Shown piece after piece: positions 17,442 to 26,604 of a stretch of 64,000 nt of DNA; the stretch's first letter is position 1, and each line of letters begins with the position of its first letter. Both the position numbers and the translations under genes were made by a program. Under the pieces are notes generated by a model. The model ran no database searches. It saw nothing but the letters and a program-made list of their open reading frames with translations, and was not told the DNA's origin. Source of the DNA: an uncultured Gemmatimonadales bacterium (GTDB lineage Bacteria > Gemmatimonadota > Gemmatimonadetes > Gemmatimonadales > GWC2-71-9); assembly GCA_963695555.1 (NCBI GenBank), contig CAVOGR010000004.1:32001-96000 (forward strand). Reading direction: 5' to 3'.

Positions 17442-18902
17442 ATGGCTGAAAGTCCATGGTATAGGCGCATCCACATTCCGCACGTCTTCGTCCTGCTGAC
17501 GGCGGTCGTCTTCATCGGGATGCTTTTTACCTACGTGCTTCCCTCGGGCGAGTACCGCCGCGAAACCAAGGAGATCGAAGGCCGGGAGCGCACCCTCGTT
17601 GTGCCCGGCACCTTTCAATCCATTCCAAAGCACTACTCGCTCCGGGGCGTGTTGATCGGCGATTCGGAGAACGCGCCAGAAGAGTTCGCCGAGCCGGTCA
17701 GTGTCCAGGGGTTCCTCACGGCAATCCCCCGCGGGCTCGAGCAATCCGCCGACATCATCTTCTTCATTTTCATGATCGGCGGCACCTTCGGCATCCTGCA
17801 GCGCTCCGGCACCATACCCGCCATGATCCGGATGCTGTTGGACCGGTTCGGGCACTCGGCCAAGCTCTTGACCATCATCATCATGCTGGCGATTGCCGCT
17901 GGGGGGTCCACGCTCGGGATGGGCGAGGAGTTCATACCGCTCGTGCCGGTCTTTCTCATCATTTCCCAGCGCCTCGGGTACGATCGAATCTACGGTCTGG
18001 CTCTGGTGATGCTGGCGGCGGACATGGGGTTTGCCTCGGCGACGACCAACCCGTTCACCATCAATATTGCCCAGGGCATCGCCGAACTACCGCTCAACAG
18101 CGGCATGGGGCTCCGACTAGTGTTCTTCGTCTGCTGCCTCACGCTCACCATCGTCTACGTCCTGCGCTATGGCGCGAAAATCAAGCGCGATCCGTCGCTC
18201 TCGCTGGTGGCCGACGAAGCCGAGCATCTTCCGCCCGACACCTTGGACGATCACACGTTCGGCCGGAGACACTTCGCCACAATCACCCTCTGCCTCCTGA
18301 TCTTCGCGGGCATTCTTTACGGCGTGCAGGCGCTCGACTGGTGGATGGCCGATATGGCCGGCGGCTTCTTTCTAATGGGCCTCGTCGCGGCCGCCATCTC
18401 CGGGCTATCCCTCAAGGCCTCGAGCGAAGCATTCGTCAAAGGCATGGAGGACATGGTGGTTGCGGCGCTCGTGGTAGGGTTCGCCCGGGGCATCCAGGTG
18501 GTGATGATCGATGGGCAGATCCTCGATACGCTGATCCACTCCGCAGCCTCCGTTCTCCAAACCGTGCCGCGCTACGTTTCGGTCGAAGGCATGCTCGCCT
18601 TCCAGACCTCGCTCAACTTCCTGGTTCCGAGCGGGTCCGGGCAGGCCGCGGTCACCATGCCGCTCATGGCACCGCTGGCGGACGTGCTCGGCATCACCCG
18701 ACAGACGGCGGTCCTGGCCTTCCAGTTCGGTGACGGCCTGTCGAACACCATCGTTCCCACGTCGGGTGTGCTCATGGCCATGCTGGCCCTGGCCCGGATT
18801 CCGTACGGTAAGTGGCTCCGCTTCGTGCTGCCGCTCTTCCTGCAGGTGACCGCGCTCGCCGCCGTGTTCTTGGCCATCGCGGTGGCCATAGGGTATCGGT
18901 GA
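17442..18902 (+). CDS. YfcC/DcuC-like family transporter (putative basic amino acid antiporter)
   Basis: IPHVFVLL, GMGEE, TTNPFTI, PSGSGQA...MPLMAPL and FQFGDG motifs. Confidence 0.88.
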   Translation: MAESPWYRRIHIPHVFVLLTAVVFIGMLFTYVLPSGEYRRETKEIEGRERTLVVPGTFQSIPKHYSLRGVLIGDSENAPEEFAEPVSVQGFLTAIPRGLEQSADIIFFIFMIGGTFGILQRSGTIPAMIRMLLDRFGHSAKLLTIIIMLAIAAGGSTLGMGEEFIPLVPVFLIISQRLGYDRIYGLALVMLAADMGFASATTNPFTINIAQGIAELPLNSGMGLRLVFFVCCLTLTIVYVLRYGAKIKRDPSLSLVADEAEHLPPDTLDDHTFGRRHFATITLCLLIFAGILYGVQALDWWMADMAGGFFLMGLVAAAISGLSLKASSEAFVKGMEDMVVAALVVGFARGIQVVMIDGQILDTLIHSAASVLQTVPRYVSVEGMLAFQTSLNFLVPSGSGQAAVTMPLMAPLADVLGITRQTAVLAFQFGDGLSNTIVPTSGVLMAMLALARIPYGKWLRFVLPLFLQVTALAAVFLAIAVAIGYR

Positions 18903-18907
18903 AAAAC

Positions 18908-18950
18908 AGGGAGTAGGGAGTAGGGAGTAGGGAGAAGAGGAGACGGTAGG
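18908..18950. repeat. Heptamer tandem repeat (AGGGAGT)x3 plus degenerate copies
   Basis: AGGGAGT AGGGAGT AGGGAGT AGGGAGA read directly. Confidence 0.85.
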
Positions 18951-19003
18951 TCTAAAGGCGAGCTGCTTGATTAGTGACTTTGAATCGCGAAGGAGATTGG
19001 CTG

Positions 19004-19849
19004 ATGGCTCGACGAGGGACGACCTTCCTTGTGTTGGTTAGCGTATTGGCGGCGGGGTGCACTGGGAAGTCGCCGCGCCAGGCTGAGGACGCGGATTCTG
19101 CGGTGCAGCTCCCCATCACATCCTCTATACCCGCCGCAATTCTCGGCGAGGCTCCGCCGCCCCGAGGCGAGACGGTGAGGTACCTACTGGGCGATACGTT
19201 GACCCGAGGGTATCTGTCTGTACCCGATGGAGAGGGGCCGTTTCCGGCGCTCATCCTGATTCACGAATGGAACGGCCTGAGCGACCGCGTGCGGCAAGTG
19301 GCCGATGCGTTCGCCGACCAGGGATACGTGGTTTTGGCGGCCGACCTCTACCGCGGGCGCACCGGCTCCAACCGTGACGAGAACATGGCCCTGGTCAACG
19401 AGACCCGTGGAGACATGGCCGCGGTCATCGCGAATCTGGATCAGGCCCAACGGCTGCTGCGCGACCGTCCGGATGTGACGGGCAAGGTCGGCGTCATGGG
19501 ATGGTGCTTCGGCGGTGGGATCGCGTTGAGCTACGCCCTGGGCGGGGAGCATCACGACGCGACGGCCATATTCTATGGCTCGCTGATCGAGGATCCGGCC
19601 GAGTTGGCCCGGCTCGATCACCCGGTATACGGCACCTTCGCCGAGCTGGATCAGGGCATTCCACCGGAGCAGGTGGAGCGCTTTGCCACCGCCCTCGCGG
19701 CGCTCGGGATTGACAACGACATTCACGTCTACGATGCGGTAAACCATGGGTTCTGGTTGCGGGTCGATGAAGACCGTGCGGTGCGGGAGGGACCCGCGCG
19801 AGACGCGTGGGAGCGGTTGGTGGGATTTCTCGGACGGGTGCTGAGGTAG
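19004..19849 (+). CDS. Dienelactone hydrolase family protein, predicted lipoprotein
   Basis: IHEWNGL, GWCFGG nucleophile, NHGF; LAAGC lipobox; AGGAG RBS. Confidence 0.88.
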   Translation: MARRGTTFLVLVSVLAAGCTGKSPRQAEDADSAVQLPITSSIPAAILGEAPPPRGETVRYLLGDTLTRGYLSVPDGEGPFPALILIHEWNGLSDRVRQVADAFADQGYVVLAADLYRGRTGSNRDENMALVNETRGDMAAVIANLDQAQRLLRDRPDVTGKVGVMGWCFGGGIALSYALGGEHHDATAIFYGSLIEDPAELARLDHPVYGTFAELDQGIPPEQVERFATALAALGIDNDIHVYDAVNHGFWLRVDEDRAVREGPARDAWERLVGFLGRVLR

Positions 19850-19850
19850 C

Positions 19851-22046
19851 GTGATGATCGACGCGGCGGCGACGCTCATCCAAGCGCTGTCGGGCCGCTA
19901 CGCCATCAAGCGCGAGCTGGGCGCGGGCGGCATGGCGAGGGTGTATGCGGCCGAGGATATCAAACATCGCCGCCACGTCGCAATCAAAGTGTTACGGCCG
20001 GAACTCGCGGCCTCGGTCGGCGCGGAGCGGTTTCTTCAGGAGATCCAGACCACCGCAAATATGCGGCATCCGCACATCCTGCCGCTCTATGACTCGGGTG
20101 ACGCCGACGGCGTGCTCTACTACGTCATGCCGCTGGTGGAGGGAGAATCCCTCCGGGATCGGCTGGACCGCGAGACCCAGCTGCCGGTGGCCGACGCGAT
20201 TCAGATTGCGTGGGAGGTGGCCGATGCGCTGAGCTACGCCCACCGGCGGGGCGTGATCCATCGCGACATCAAGCCGGAGAACATCATGCTCGAGGGCGGG
20301 CACGCGACGGTGACCGACTTCGGGATCGCGCGGGCGCTGGCTGCCGCGGGGGAGGCGCGACTGACGGATGTCGGACTGGCGATCGGGACCCCGGCCTACA
20401 TGAGCCCGGAGCAGTCGGGTGGTGAGGAGGTAGATCACCGGAGCGATGTGTACAGTCTCGGCTGCGTGCTCTACGAGATGCTGGCGGGGGAGCAACCGTA
20501 TACCGGACCCACCGCGCAGGCCGTGATCGCACGGCGGCTGACCGATCCGGTGCCCTCGGCACGGCGGGTCCGCGACACCGTATCCTCCAATCTCGACACG
20601 GCCGTCATGAGGGCCCTGGCCAAGATTCCGGCCGATCGATTCGGGAGCGCCGCCGAATTCGGGCAGGCCCTGCAAGATGCCAATCGGGCGGTTCCACTGC
20701 CGGAGGAATTGCGGCCCGCCTCGGTCACGTTCGTAGGTTCGGCAGGGCTCATGCAGGAGCGGAGTGCCCGGTCGATTGCTGTTCTTCCCTTTACCGACAT
20801 GAGTCCGGAGCACGATCAGGAGTATTTCTGCGACGGGATGTGCGAAGAGATCATCAACACGCTCGCCAAGGTCAGGGGTTTGCGGGTAGCCTCGCGCGTG
20901 TCGGCGTTCGGATTCAAGAACTCGGAAGCCGACAGCCGGACCATTGGCGAACGGCTCGATGTGTCCAAGCTGCTCGATGGCAGCGTCCGTAAGGCCGGCA
21001 ATCAAATCCGGATCAGTGTGCAGCTCATCGATGTCGCCAACGACAGCCATCTCTGGTCGGAGCGCTATGATCGAACGCTGGATGACATCTTCGCCATTCA
21101 GGAAGACATCGCCCAGAGCATCGTCCAGGCGCTCCAGGTGACCCTCACTCCTGCTGAGAGCCGAGCTCTTCAGGATGCCCCTACCACCCACGCCGCCGCC
21201 TACGATTTCTATCTTCGCGGTCGGGAGTTCTTCTATCTGCAAAGCCGGCGGGATCACGATTTCGCCCGTCAGATGTTTTCCCGGGCAATCGAGATCGATC
21301 CTGCCTTCACCCGGGCCTACGCCGGGTTGGCCGACACCATCGCCTACGTCTATAAGCATTTCGATCGGGATGCGGCGCTGCTGGACGAGGCCGACGCCGC
21401 GAGTGCGAAGGCCATTCAGCTCGATCCGGGCTTGGCCGAGGCACACGCTTCTCGTGGCGTGGTGCACTGGCTCAAGGAACGGGGCGAGGACGCGGATGGT
21501 GAGTTCGAGACCGCGATTCGCCTCAATCCGAATCTCTTCGAGGCCTACTACTTATATGGCATCTCGTGCTTCAACCGAGGGAAGTTCGAGCAGGCGGCCC
21601 GGCTGTTCGAGCAGGCAGCGGTGGTCCGTCCTGAAGACTATCAGTCACCGCTCATTCTCGGTCCTGTGTACAGAGCGCTGGGTCGCGAAGAGGAAGCGAT
21701 GCAGGCAAATCGCCGCGGGCTCGACGTCGCCAAACGGCATCTGGACCTCCACCCGGAAGATGCGCGGGCTTGGTACCTCGGGGCGAATGCGCTGGTCGTG
21801 CTGGGCGAGGCCGATCTGGGCTTCACATGGGCGGAGAAGGCGCGTGCGATGGATCCGGAGAATCCACTCCTCTTCTACAATCTGGCTTGCATCTACGCCG
21901 TTGCAGATCGCATTGACGAAGCCCTCGACTTGATCGAACGAGCGGTCGACTTAGGGTACCCGCACAGAGAAAGCCTGGTGAACGACCCCGACTTCGAGCC
22001 GCTCCGCGATCAGCCCCGCTTCAGCGCGTTGCTTGCCAGGCTCTGA
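19851..22046 (+). CDS. Hanks-type Ser/Thr protein kinase with TolB-N-like domain and TPR repeats
   Basis: GAGGMA, VAIK, HRDIKPEN, DFG and GTPAYMSPE; SIAVLPF...EYFCDG; C-terminal TPRs (YNLACIYA). Confidence 0.92.
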   Translation: MMIDAAATLIQALSGRYAIKRELGAGGMARVYAAEDIKHRRHVAIKVLRPELAASVGAERFLQEIQTTANMRHPHILPLYDSGDADGVLYYVMPLVEGESLRDRLDRETQLPVADAIQIAWEVADALSYAHRRGVIHRDIKPENIMLEGGHATVTDFGIARALAAAGEARLTDVGLAIGTPAYMSPEQSGGEEVDHRSDVYSLGCVLYEMLAGEQPYTGPTAQAVIARRLTDPVPSARRVRDTVSSNLDTAVMRALAKIPADRFGSAAEFGQALQDANRAVPLPEELRPASVTFVGSAGLMQERSARSIAVLPFTDMSPEHDQEYFCDGMCEEIINTLAKVRGLRVASRVSAFGFKNSEADSRTIGERLDVSKLLDGSVRKAGNQIRISVQLIDVANDSHLWSERYDRTLDDIFAIQEDIAQSIVQALQVTLTPAESRALQDAPTTHAAAYDFYLRGREFFYLQSRRDHDFARQMFSRAIEIDPAFTRAYAGLADTIAYVYKHFDRDAALLDEADAASAKAIQLDPGLAEAHASRGVVHWLKERGEDADGEFETAIRLNPNLFEAYYLYGISCFNRGKFEQAARLFEQAAVVRPEDYQSPLILGPVYRALGREEEAMQANRRGLDVAKRHLDLHPEDARAWYLGANALVVLGEADLGFTWAEKARAMDPENPLLFYNLACIYAVADRIDEALDLIERAVDLGYPHRESLVNDPDFEPLRDQPRFSALLARL

Positions 22047-22082
22047 CGCGGTGGCATAGCCCACGCAACCGGGTCACCGGAC

Positions 22083-22874
22083 ATGCAAGACCCCCCTGTT
22101 CAACTCGGCGACATCGTGGTCGTGGGCGGAGGCTGCTACGGAGCGTTCTATACCCGACAGCTGATCGACGCCTGCCAGAGGGGCAAAGTCAGGTACCGGA
22201 GACTCGTTGTCGTCGATCGAGATCCCGCGTGCCAGGTTCGCCAAGCCAGCGCGGACGGTTACGAGTTCGTGGTCGAGGATTGGGACGCGTTCTTCGATCG
22301 CTACTTGGGCGAAGCGGCGGACGGCAGCGGCACGATGCCCGCCAGCAGTATGATCGTTCCCTCGCCGCTCATGCCGCACCTCATGTACCGCTGGCTGCTC
22401 AGGCGGGCCCGGTCGCGCTGGCCCGACCGCGCCGTCCAAACGGCCCCGCTCGGCCGGCGCCTCGGCACGCCGTACGAGAGCACGGCACCCGACCTGACCC
22501 AGTATGTGTCCTTCGCCGATTGGCTCTGCCCCACCCACTGCGTCGAGCCGTCGACCTGCCCCGTCATCAAGGCTCCGCGCACCTGGGAAATGGGTGAGGC
22601 CCTGGGTGACTATGTGCGTACCGCCCCTCGAGCGGAGCACGTGAATGGTCCATTGCTCTTCGTATGCCGGCACCAGGTGCATGGAGTGGGCGCATTTGCC
22701 GTGGACGAGGTGGTGGCCGGCGACCAGCGTGTGGCCGAGGCGGGGGCGGACGCCGGCCCGGTCGATATCATCGTTGGGACAATCTCCGCGTGCCACGGAG
22801 CCGTGAATCGCCTTCGTATCGGCCTGTCCGAGCCATCGGTGGGTCCGGGAACCGCTGAGCGTTCTATATTATGA
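22083..22874 (+). CDS. Uncharacterised Rossmann-like, Cys-rich protein
   Basis: IVVVGGGCYG...VVVD N-terminus; CPTHCVEPSTCP, CRH and SACHG. Confidence 0.75.
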   Translation: MQDPPVQLGDIVVVGGGCYGAFYTRQLIDACQRGKVRYRRLVVVDRDPACQVRQASADGYEFVVEDWDAFFDRYLGEAADGSGTMPASSMIVPSPLMPHLMYRWLLRRARSRWPDRAVQTAPLGRRLGTPYESTAPDLTQYVSFADWLCPTHCVEPSTCPVIKAPRTWEMGEALGDYVRTAPRAEHVNGPLLFVCRHQVHGVGAFAVDEVVAGDQRVAEAGADAGPVDIIVGTISACHGAVNRLRIGLSEPSVGPGTAERSIL

Positions 22875-22934
22875 CGTGGATTGCGCACCGGCGTCCGCGG
22901 ATCGAACGCTGACCTCAAGAGGAAGACGTACTCA

Positions 22935-23888
22935 ATGGGACACCCCACCAACGAATTCGATGTCATCATCATCGGGGCCGGACCGGCCGGCCTCTGCGCC
23001 GGGATGTATGCCGGGCGGGGCATGTTGAAGGCCGTGGTGCTGGAGCGCGGGGTGCCCGGCGGCGAGCTGCTCAATACGGAATTGATCGAAGACTACATCG
23101 GATTCGAGAGCATTCTCGGGCGCGACCTGGCCCAAAAGATGGCAGACCATGCCAAGAAATTCGGCGCGGACATCCGGCAGGAGAACGTCGAGGCCATCGA
23201 GAAGATGCCCGATGGCATGTTCGAAGTCAGAACGTCCAGCGGCACGGTGTACCGTGCACCGACCGCCATCATCACTGCGGGCGGCACACCGAACAAGCTG
23301 GGCGTGCCGGGAGAGCAGGAATATGCCGGCCGTGGCGTGTCGTATTGCGCCGTCTGTGACGGGGCCTTCTTCAAGGGTGAGACCATCGCGGTGGTCGGCG
23401 GTGGCGACGCCGCCGTGGAAGAAGCCGATTACCTGACGCGTTATGCGGAGAAGGTCTATCTCATCCATCGCCGCGACGAGCTCCGGGCCTCGAGGCTGCT
23501 CCAGGAACGGCTGTTCGCGAATCCGAAGATCGAGATGATCTGGAGTAAGGTGGTGGAGGAAATCAGCGGAGGCCCGAAGGGGGTCACGGGCATGGCGCTG
23601 AAAGACACCGTCACCAATGAGACGAGCAGGCTCGCCGTGACCGGGTGTTTCGTCTTCATCGGGTTCACGCCCAATTCAGGGCTGATCAAGGGACACTTCG
23701 ACCACGACGCGAGCGGCTACATCAAGACCGACGATCGGATGATGACCTCGATTCCCGGCCTCTTCGCGGCCGGCGACCTTCGGGTCCAGCTGACCCGGCA
23801 AATCACCACCGCCGTCGGCGATGGCACCACGGCAGCCATTGCTGTCGAGAAGTACTTGAAAGAGGCGGTCGAGGTGGCGCGATCGTGA
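22935..23888 (+). CDS. trxB: Thioredoxin-disulfide reductase
   Basis: GAGPAG, GVSYCAVCDG, GGGDAAVEEA and HRRD. Confidence 0.95.
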   Translation: MGHPTNEFDVIIIGAGPAGLCAGMYAGRGMLKAVVLERGVPGGELLNTELIEDYIGFESILGRDLAQKMADHAKKFGADIRQENVEAIEKMPDGMFEVRTSSGTVYRAPTAIITAGGTPNKLGVPGEQEYAGRGVSYCAVCDGAFFKGETIAVVGGGDAAVEEADYLTRYAEKVYLIHRRDELRASRLLQERLFANPKIEMIWSKVVEEISGGPKGVTGMALKDTVTNETSRLAVTGCFVFIGFTPNSGLIKGHFDHDASGYIKTDDRMMTSIPGLFAAGDLRVQLTRQITTAVGDGTTAAIAVEKYLKEAVEVARS

Positions 23889-24529
23889 CCCCCGAAATCG
23901 TCACCATTCCCAACGGGCAGTTCCTCCAGAACTGTCTCCTCGTGGCCGATCCCGCCTCGAATGAGGCGGCGATGGTCGACCCGGGCGAAGAGGCGGACAG
24001 GTTCCTAGCTACATTGAACGACCGGGGCTGGACGCTCCGCGCCATCTGGCTGACCCATGCCCACATCGACCACATGCTCGGCGTCCGAGCGGTGAAGGCG
24101 GCGACGGGAGCGCCGATTTACCTGCATCCGCTCGACCGGCCGCTCTACGATGCGGTGGCCGAGCAGGCCAGGTGGTTCGGCATCCGGGCCGAGCCCGCGC
24201 CGCCGCCCGACGTGGAGTTGATGGACGGCGATACGTTGACCATCGGCGATGCGTCCTTTCGCGTGCGGCACACGCCGGGTCACTCTCCCGGCAGCGTGAG
24301 CCTGGTCGGTCACGGAGCAATCATCGGAGGTGATGTCCTATTTCAGGGGTCGATTGGCCGGACCGACCTGCCTGGCGGCGACTACGACACCTTGTTACAG
24401 AGCATCCACCGAGAGTTTCTCTCCCAATCCGACGACACCGTGGTGTACACGGGCCACGGTCCTCATACTACCGTGGGTGCCGAGCGGCGCACCAATCCGT
24501 TCCTCACCGGAGCGATCCGGCTTGCCTGA
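23885..24529 (+). CDS. MBL-fold metallo-hydrolase (glyoxalase II-like)
   Basis: THAHIDH, HTPGHS, GDVLF, GRTD and GHG; GTGA overlap with trxB. Confidence 0.9.
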   Translation: MTPEIVTIPNGQFLQNCLLVADPASNEAAMVDPGEEADRFLATLNDRGWTLRAIWLTHAHIDHMLGVRAVKAATGAPIYLHPLDRPLYDAVAEQARWFGIRAEPAPPPDVELMDGDTLTIGDASFRVRHTPGHSPGSVSLVGHGAIIGGDVLFQGSIGRTDLPGGDYDTLLQSIHREFLSQSDDTVVYTGHGPHTTVGAERRTNPFLTGAIRLA

Positions 24530-24604
24530 ATTCCGCGCCGCACGACGCGGCGACGACCAACGCACGTAGGCCGCGCGACTCTCCCGCCATCGCCCAACCA
24601 CGCC

Positions 24605-25861
24605 ATGACCGCGTCCACTCACTCAGCCGACATCTCAGCGCTGGTATCGGAAAAGCGGGCTGCCCCGTTCGATCGGTCGAGGCCCCTCCCCGAACCACTC
24701 CGGCCCGATGCGCGGTTGTCCGTGCTCGACGCGACCAAATACTTCGGCGACAGGACAGGGGGTATTCGGACCTACCTGCTGGAGAAAGCGCGCTACGTGG
24801 CTACCCACCCCGAGCTGCGGCACACGCTGGTCGTCCCGGGCTCCCGGGACAGCGTGGCCGAGATCGACGGCGTGCGCTGCTATCGGCTGCGCAATTTCAA
24901 CATCCCGACCCAGCGACCCTATCGGTTCCTCTTGAACGCCGCCCTCATCGAGCGGGTGCTCGATCGCGAGCGTCCCGATCTCATCGAGATCGGGAGTCCG
25001 CTCATGGTGCCGTGGGTCATCCGGCGAGCCAATCGACGCCACCGGATTCCCATGGTCTGGTTCTTCCATAGCAACGTGCCACAGGTGGTGAGCCGGATCG
25101 GCCCGCGCGTTGGGCGCGGGCTCATGGTCCGTGTGGCGCGGGCCCACACCCGTCGGGTTGGATCATTCTGTCGAGCGACGTTTGCCACGTCCGAGGCTGC
25201 GGCTCGAGACCTCGAAGGGTACGGTGTCGGGCCGGTCATCCGCACTTCCCTCGGGGTCGATCTCGAGCAGTTCTCGCCGCTGCTCCGCAAGCGGGCTCAT
25301 GAGGTCCGTAGCCGGACCGGACTCCCTGCCGGACCACTTGCCATCTACACCGGCCGGCTCGCCGTCGAGAAGCAATTGGACGTTCTGCTCGATGCTTGGG
25401 CCCACGTGGAGCGGAGAACAGGCACCCGGCTGGTCGTCGTGGGCGACGGCGCCGCCCGGAAGAAGCTTCAGCACCATCCGTATGCGCCGCGGGTCACGTG
25501 GCGTCCGTTCCAACCGGATCGGGGCGCCGTGGCCGAGCTGCTGGCGGCTGCTGACGTATTCGTCACCCCCAGCGCCGCCGAGACGTTCGGGCTCGCCGCA
25601 CTCGAAGCATTGGCCTCTGGCGTGCCGGTCCTCTCGGCCGCAACGGGAGCGGTAGCCGAGCTTGTCGAGGCTTCCGGCGCCGGACGCACCTTCGCGAGCG
25701 GTGACTCCAGTGACCTGGCCAACCAGGCGGTGTGGTTGCTCAGTCAAGATCTCCCGGCCCTGGGAAAGCGAGGACGGGCGTTTGCCGAGCGGCACCACTC
25801 CTGGCATGGAGTGTTCGACCGCCTGTTCGCCGCGTATCGGCAGGTCGTGGCCGCCGCATGA
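24605..25861 (+). CDS. GT4 family glycosyltransferase
   Basis: GGIRTY, GRLAVEK and ETFGLAALEA (EX7E). Confidence 0.88.
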   Translation: MTASTHSADISALVSEKRAAPFDRSRPLPEPLRPDARLSVLDATKYFGDRTGGIRTYLLEKARYVATHPELRHTLVVPGSRDSVAEIDGVRCYRLRNFNIPTQRPYRFLLNAALIERVLDRERPDLIEIGSPLMVPWVIRRANRRHRIPMVWFFHSNVPQVVSRIGPRVGRGLMVRVARAHTRRVGSFCRATFATSEAAARDLEGYGVGPVIRTSLGVDLEQFSPLLRKRAHEVRSRTGLPAGPLAIYTGRLAVEKQLDVLLDAWAHVERRTGTRLVVVGDGAARKKLQHHPYAPRVTWRPFQPDRGAVAELLAAADVFVTPSAAETFGLAALEALASGVPVLSAATGAVAELVEASGAGRTFASGDSSDLANQAVWLLSQDLPALGKRGRAFAERHHSWHGVFDRLFAAYRQVVAAA

Positions 25862-26604
25862 GGGTTCTGGTCTCGATCCACGACGTGACGCCCGCCCATG
25901 AGGGTTCCGTGCGCGCCCTCTGGGATCTCTGCGCCGATGTCGGGGTGTGTCCGGCGCTCCTGGTGGTACCGAATTGGCATGGGAGCTGGCCACTCGAAGA
26001 CTCGCCCGACTTCGTCGGCTGGATAAGAGACCGAGCGCATGGAGGGAGCTCCATCCTGCTTCATGGCTATCGGCATGACGAGTCGGGCGTCCGGCGGCGC
26101 TGGACGGACCAGCTCCTGGCCTGGGGCAAGACGGCGCGGGAGGGCGAGTTCCTCACGCTCGATCGTGTCGAGGCGCGGGCGCGAATAGCGCAGGGCCTGG
26201 CCAGCCTCCGCGCGGGTGGGCTCGAGCCGATCGGGTTCGTTCCGCCCGCCTGGCTCGCGCGCCCCGACACACACGTGGCGGCTGCTGCAGCCGGACTCGA
26301 GATCAGCGAAGACGATCGCTGGATCTACCTGCGTGGCGGTGAGACCCTCCGTGCTCCCTGCCTTCGCTGGAGCACGCGAACTGGGTTGCGATCCTACGGC
26401 TCGGTCTTGGTGGCGGAGGGACGGTGGTGGATCCACCGTAAAGCGCCCCTGGTTCGGGTGGCGCTCCATCCATCGGATCTGTCCCGCGGTGTGGTTCGCC
26501 GGTCGCTGGTGAGGAACCTTCGGCGCTGGATCACCCGGAACCAGGCTACCGGGTACCATGACCTCGTGTCGGTGCCGCAGCCGCTGGCGGGGCGGGTCTG
26601 GTGA
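25858..26604 (+). CDS. Polysaccharide deacetylase-like protein (DUF2334-like)
   Basis: SIHDV, LHGYRH, GFVPPAW and RVALHP; ATGA overlap with the GT4 gene. Confidence 0.8.
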   Translation: MRVLVSIHDVTPAHEGSVRALWDLCADVGVCPALLVVPNWHGSWPLEDSPDFVGWIRDRAHGGSSILLHGYRHDESGVRRRWTDQLLAWGKTAREGEFLTLDRVEARARIAQGLASLRAGGLEPIGFVPPAWLARPDTHVAAAAAGLEISEDDRWIYLRGGETLRAPCLRWSTRTGLRSYGSVLVAEGRWWIHRKAPLVRVALHPSDLSRGVVRRSLVRNLRRWITRNQATGYHDLVSVPQPLAGRVW

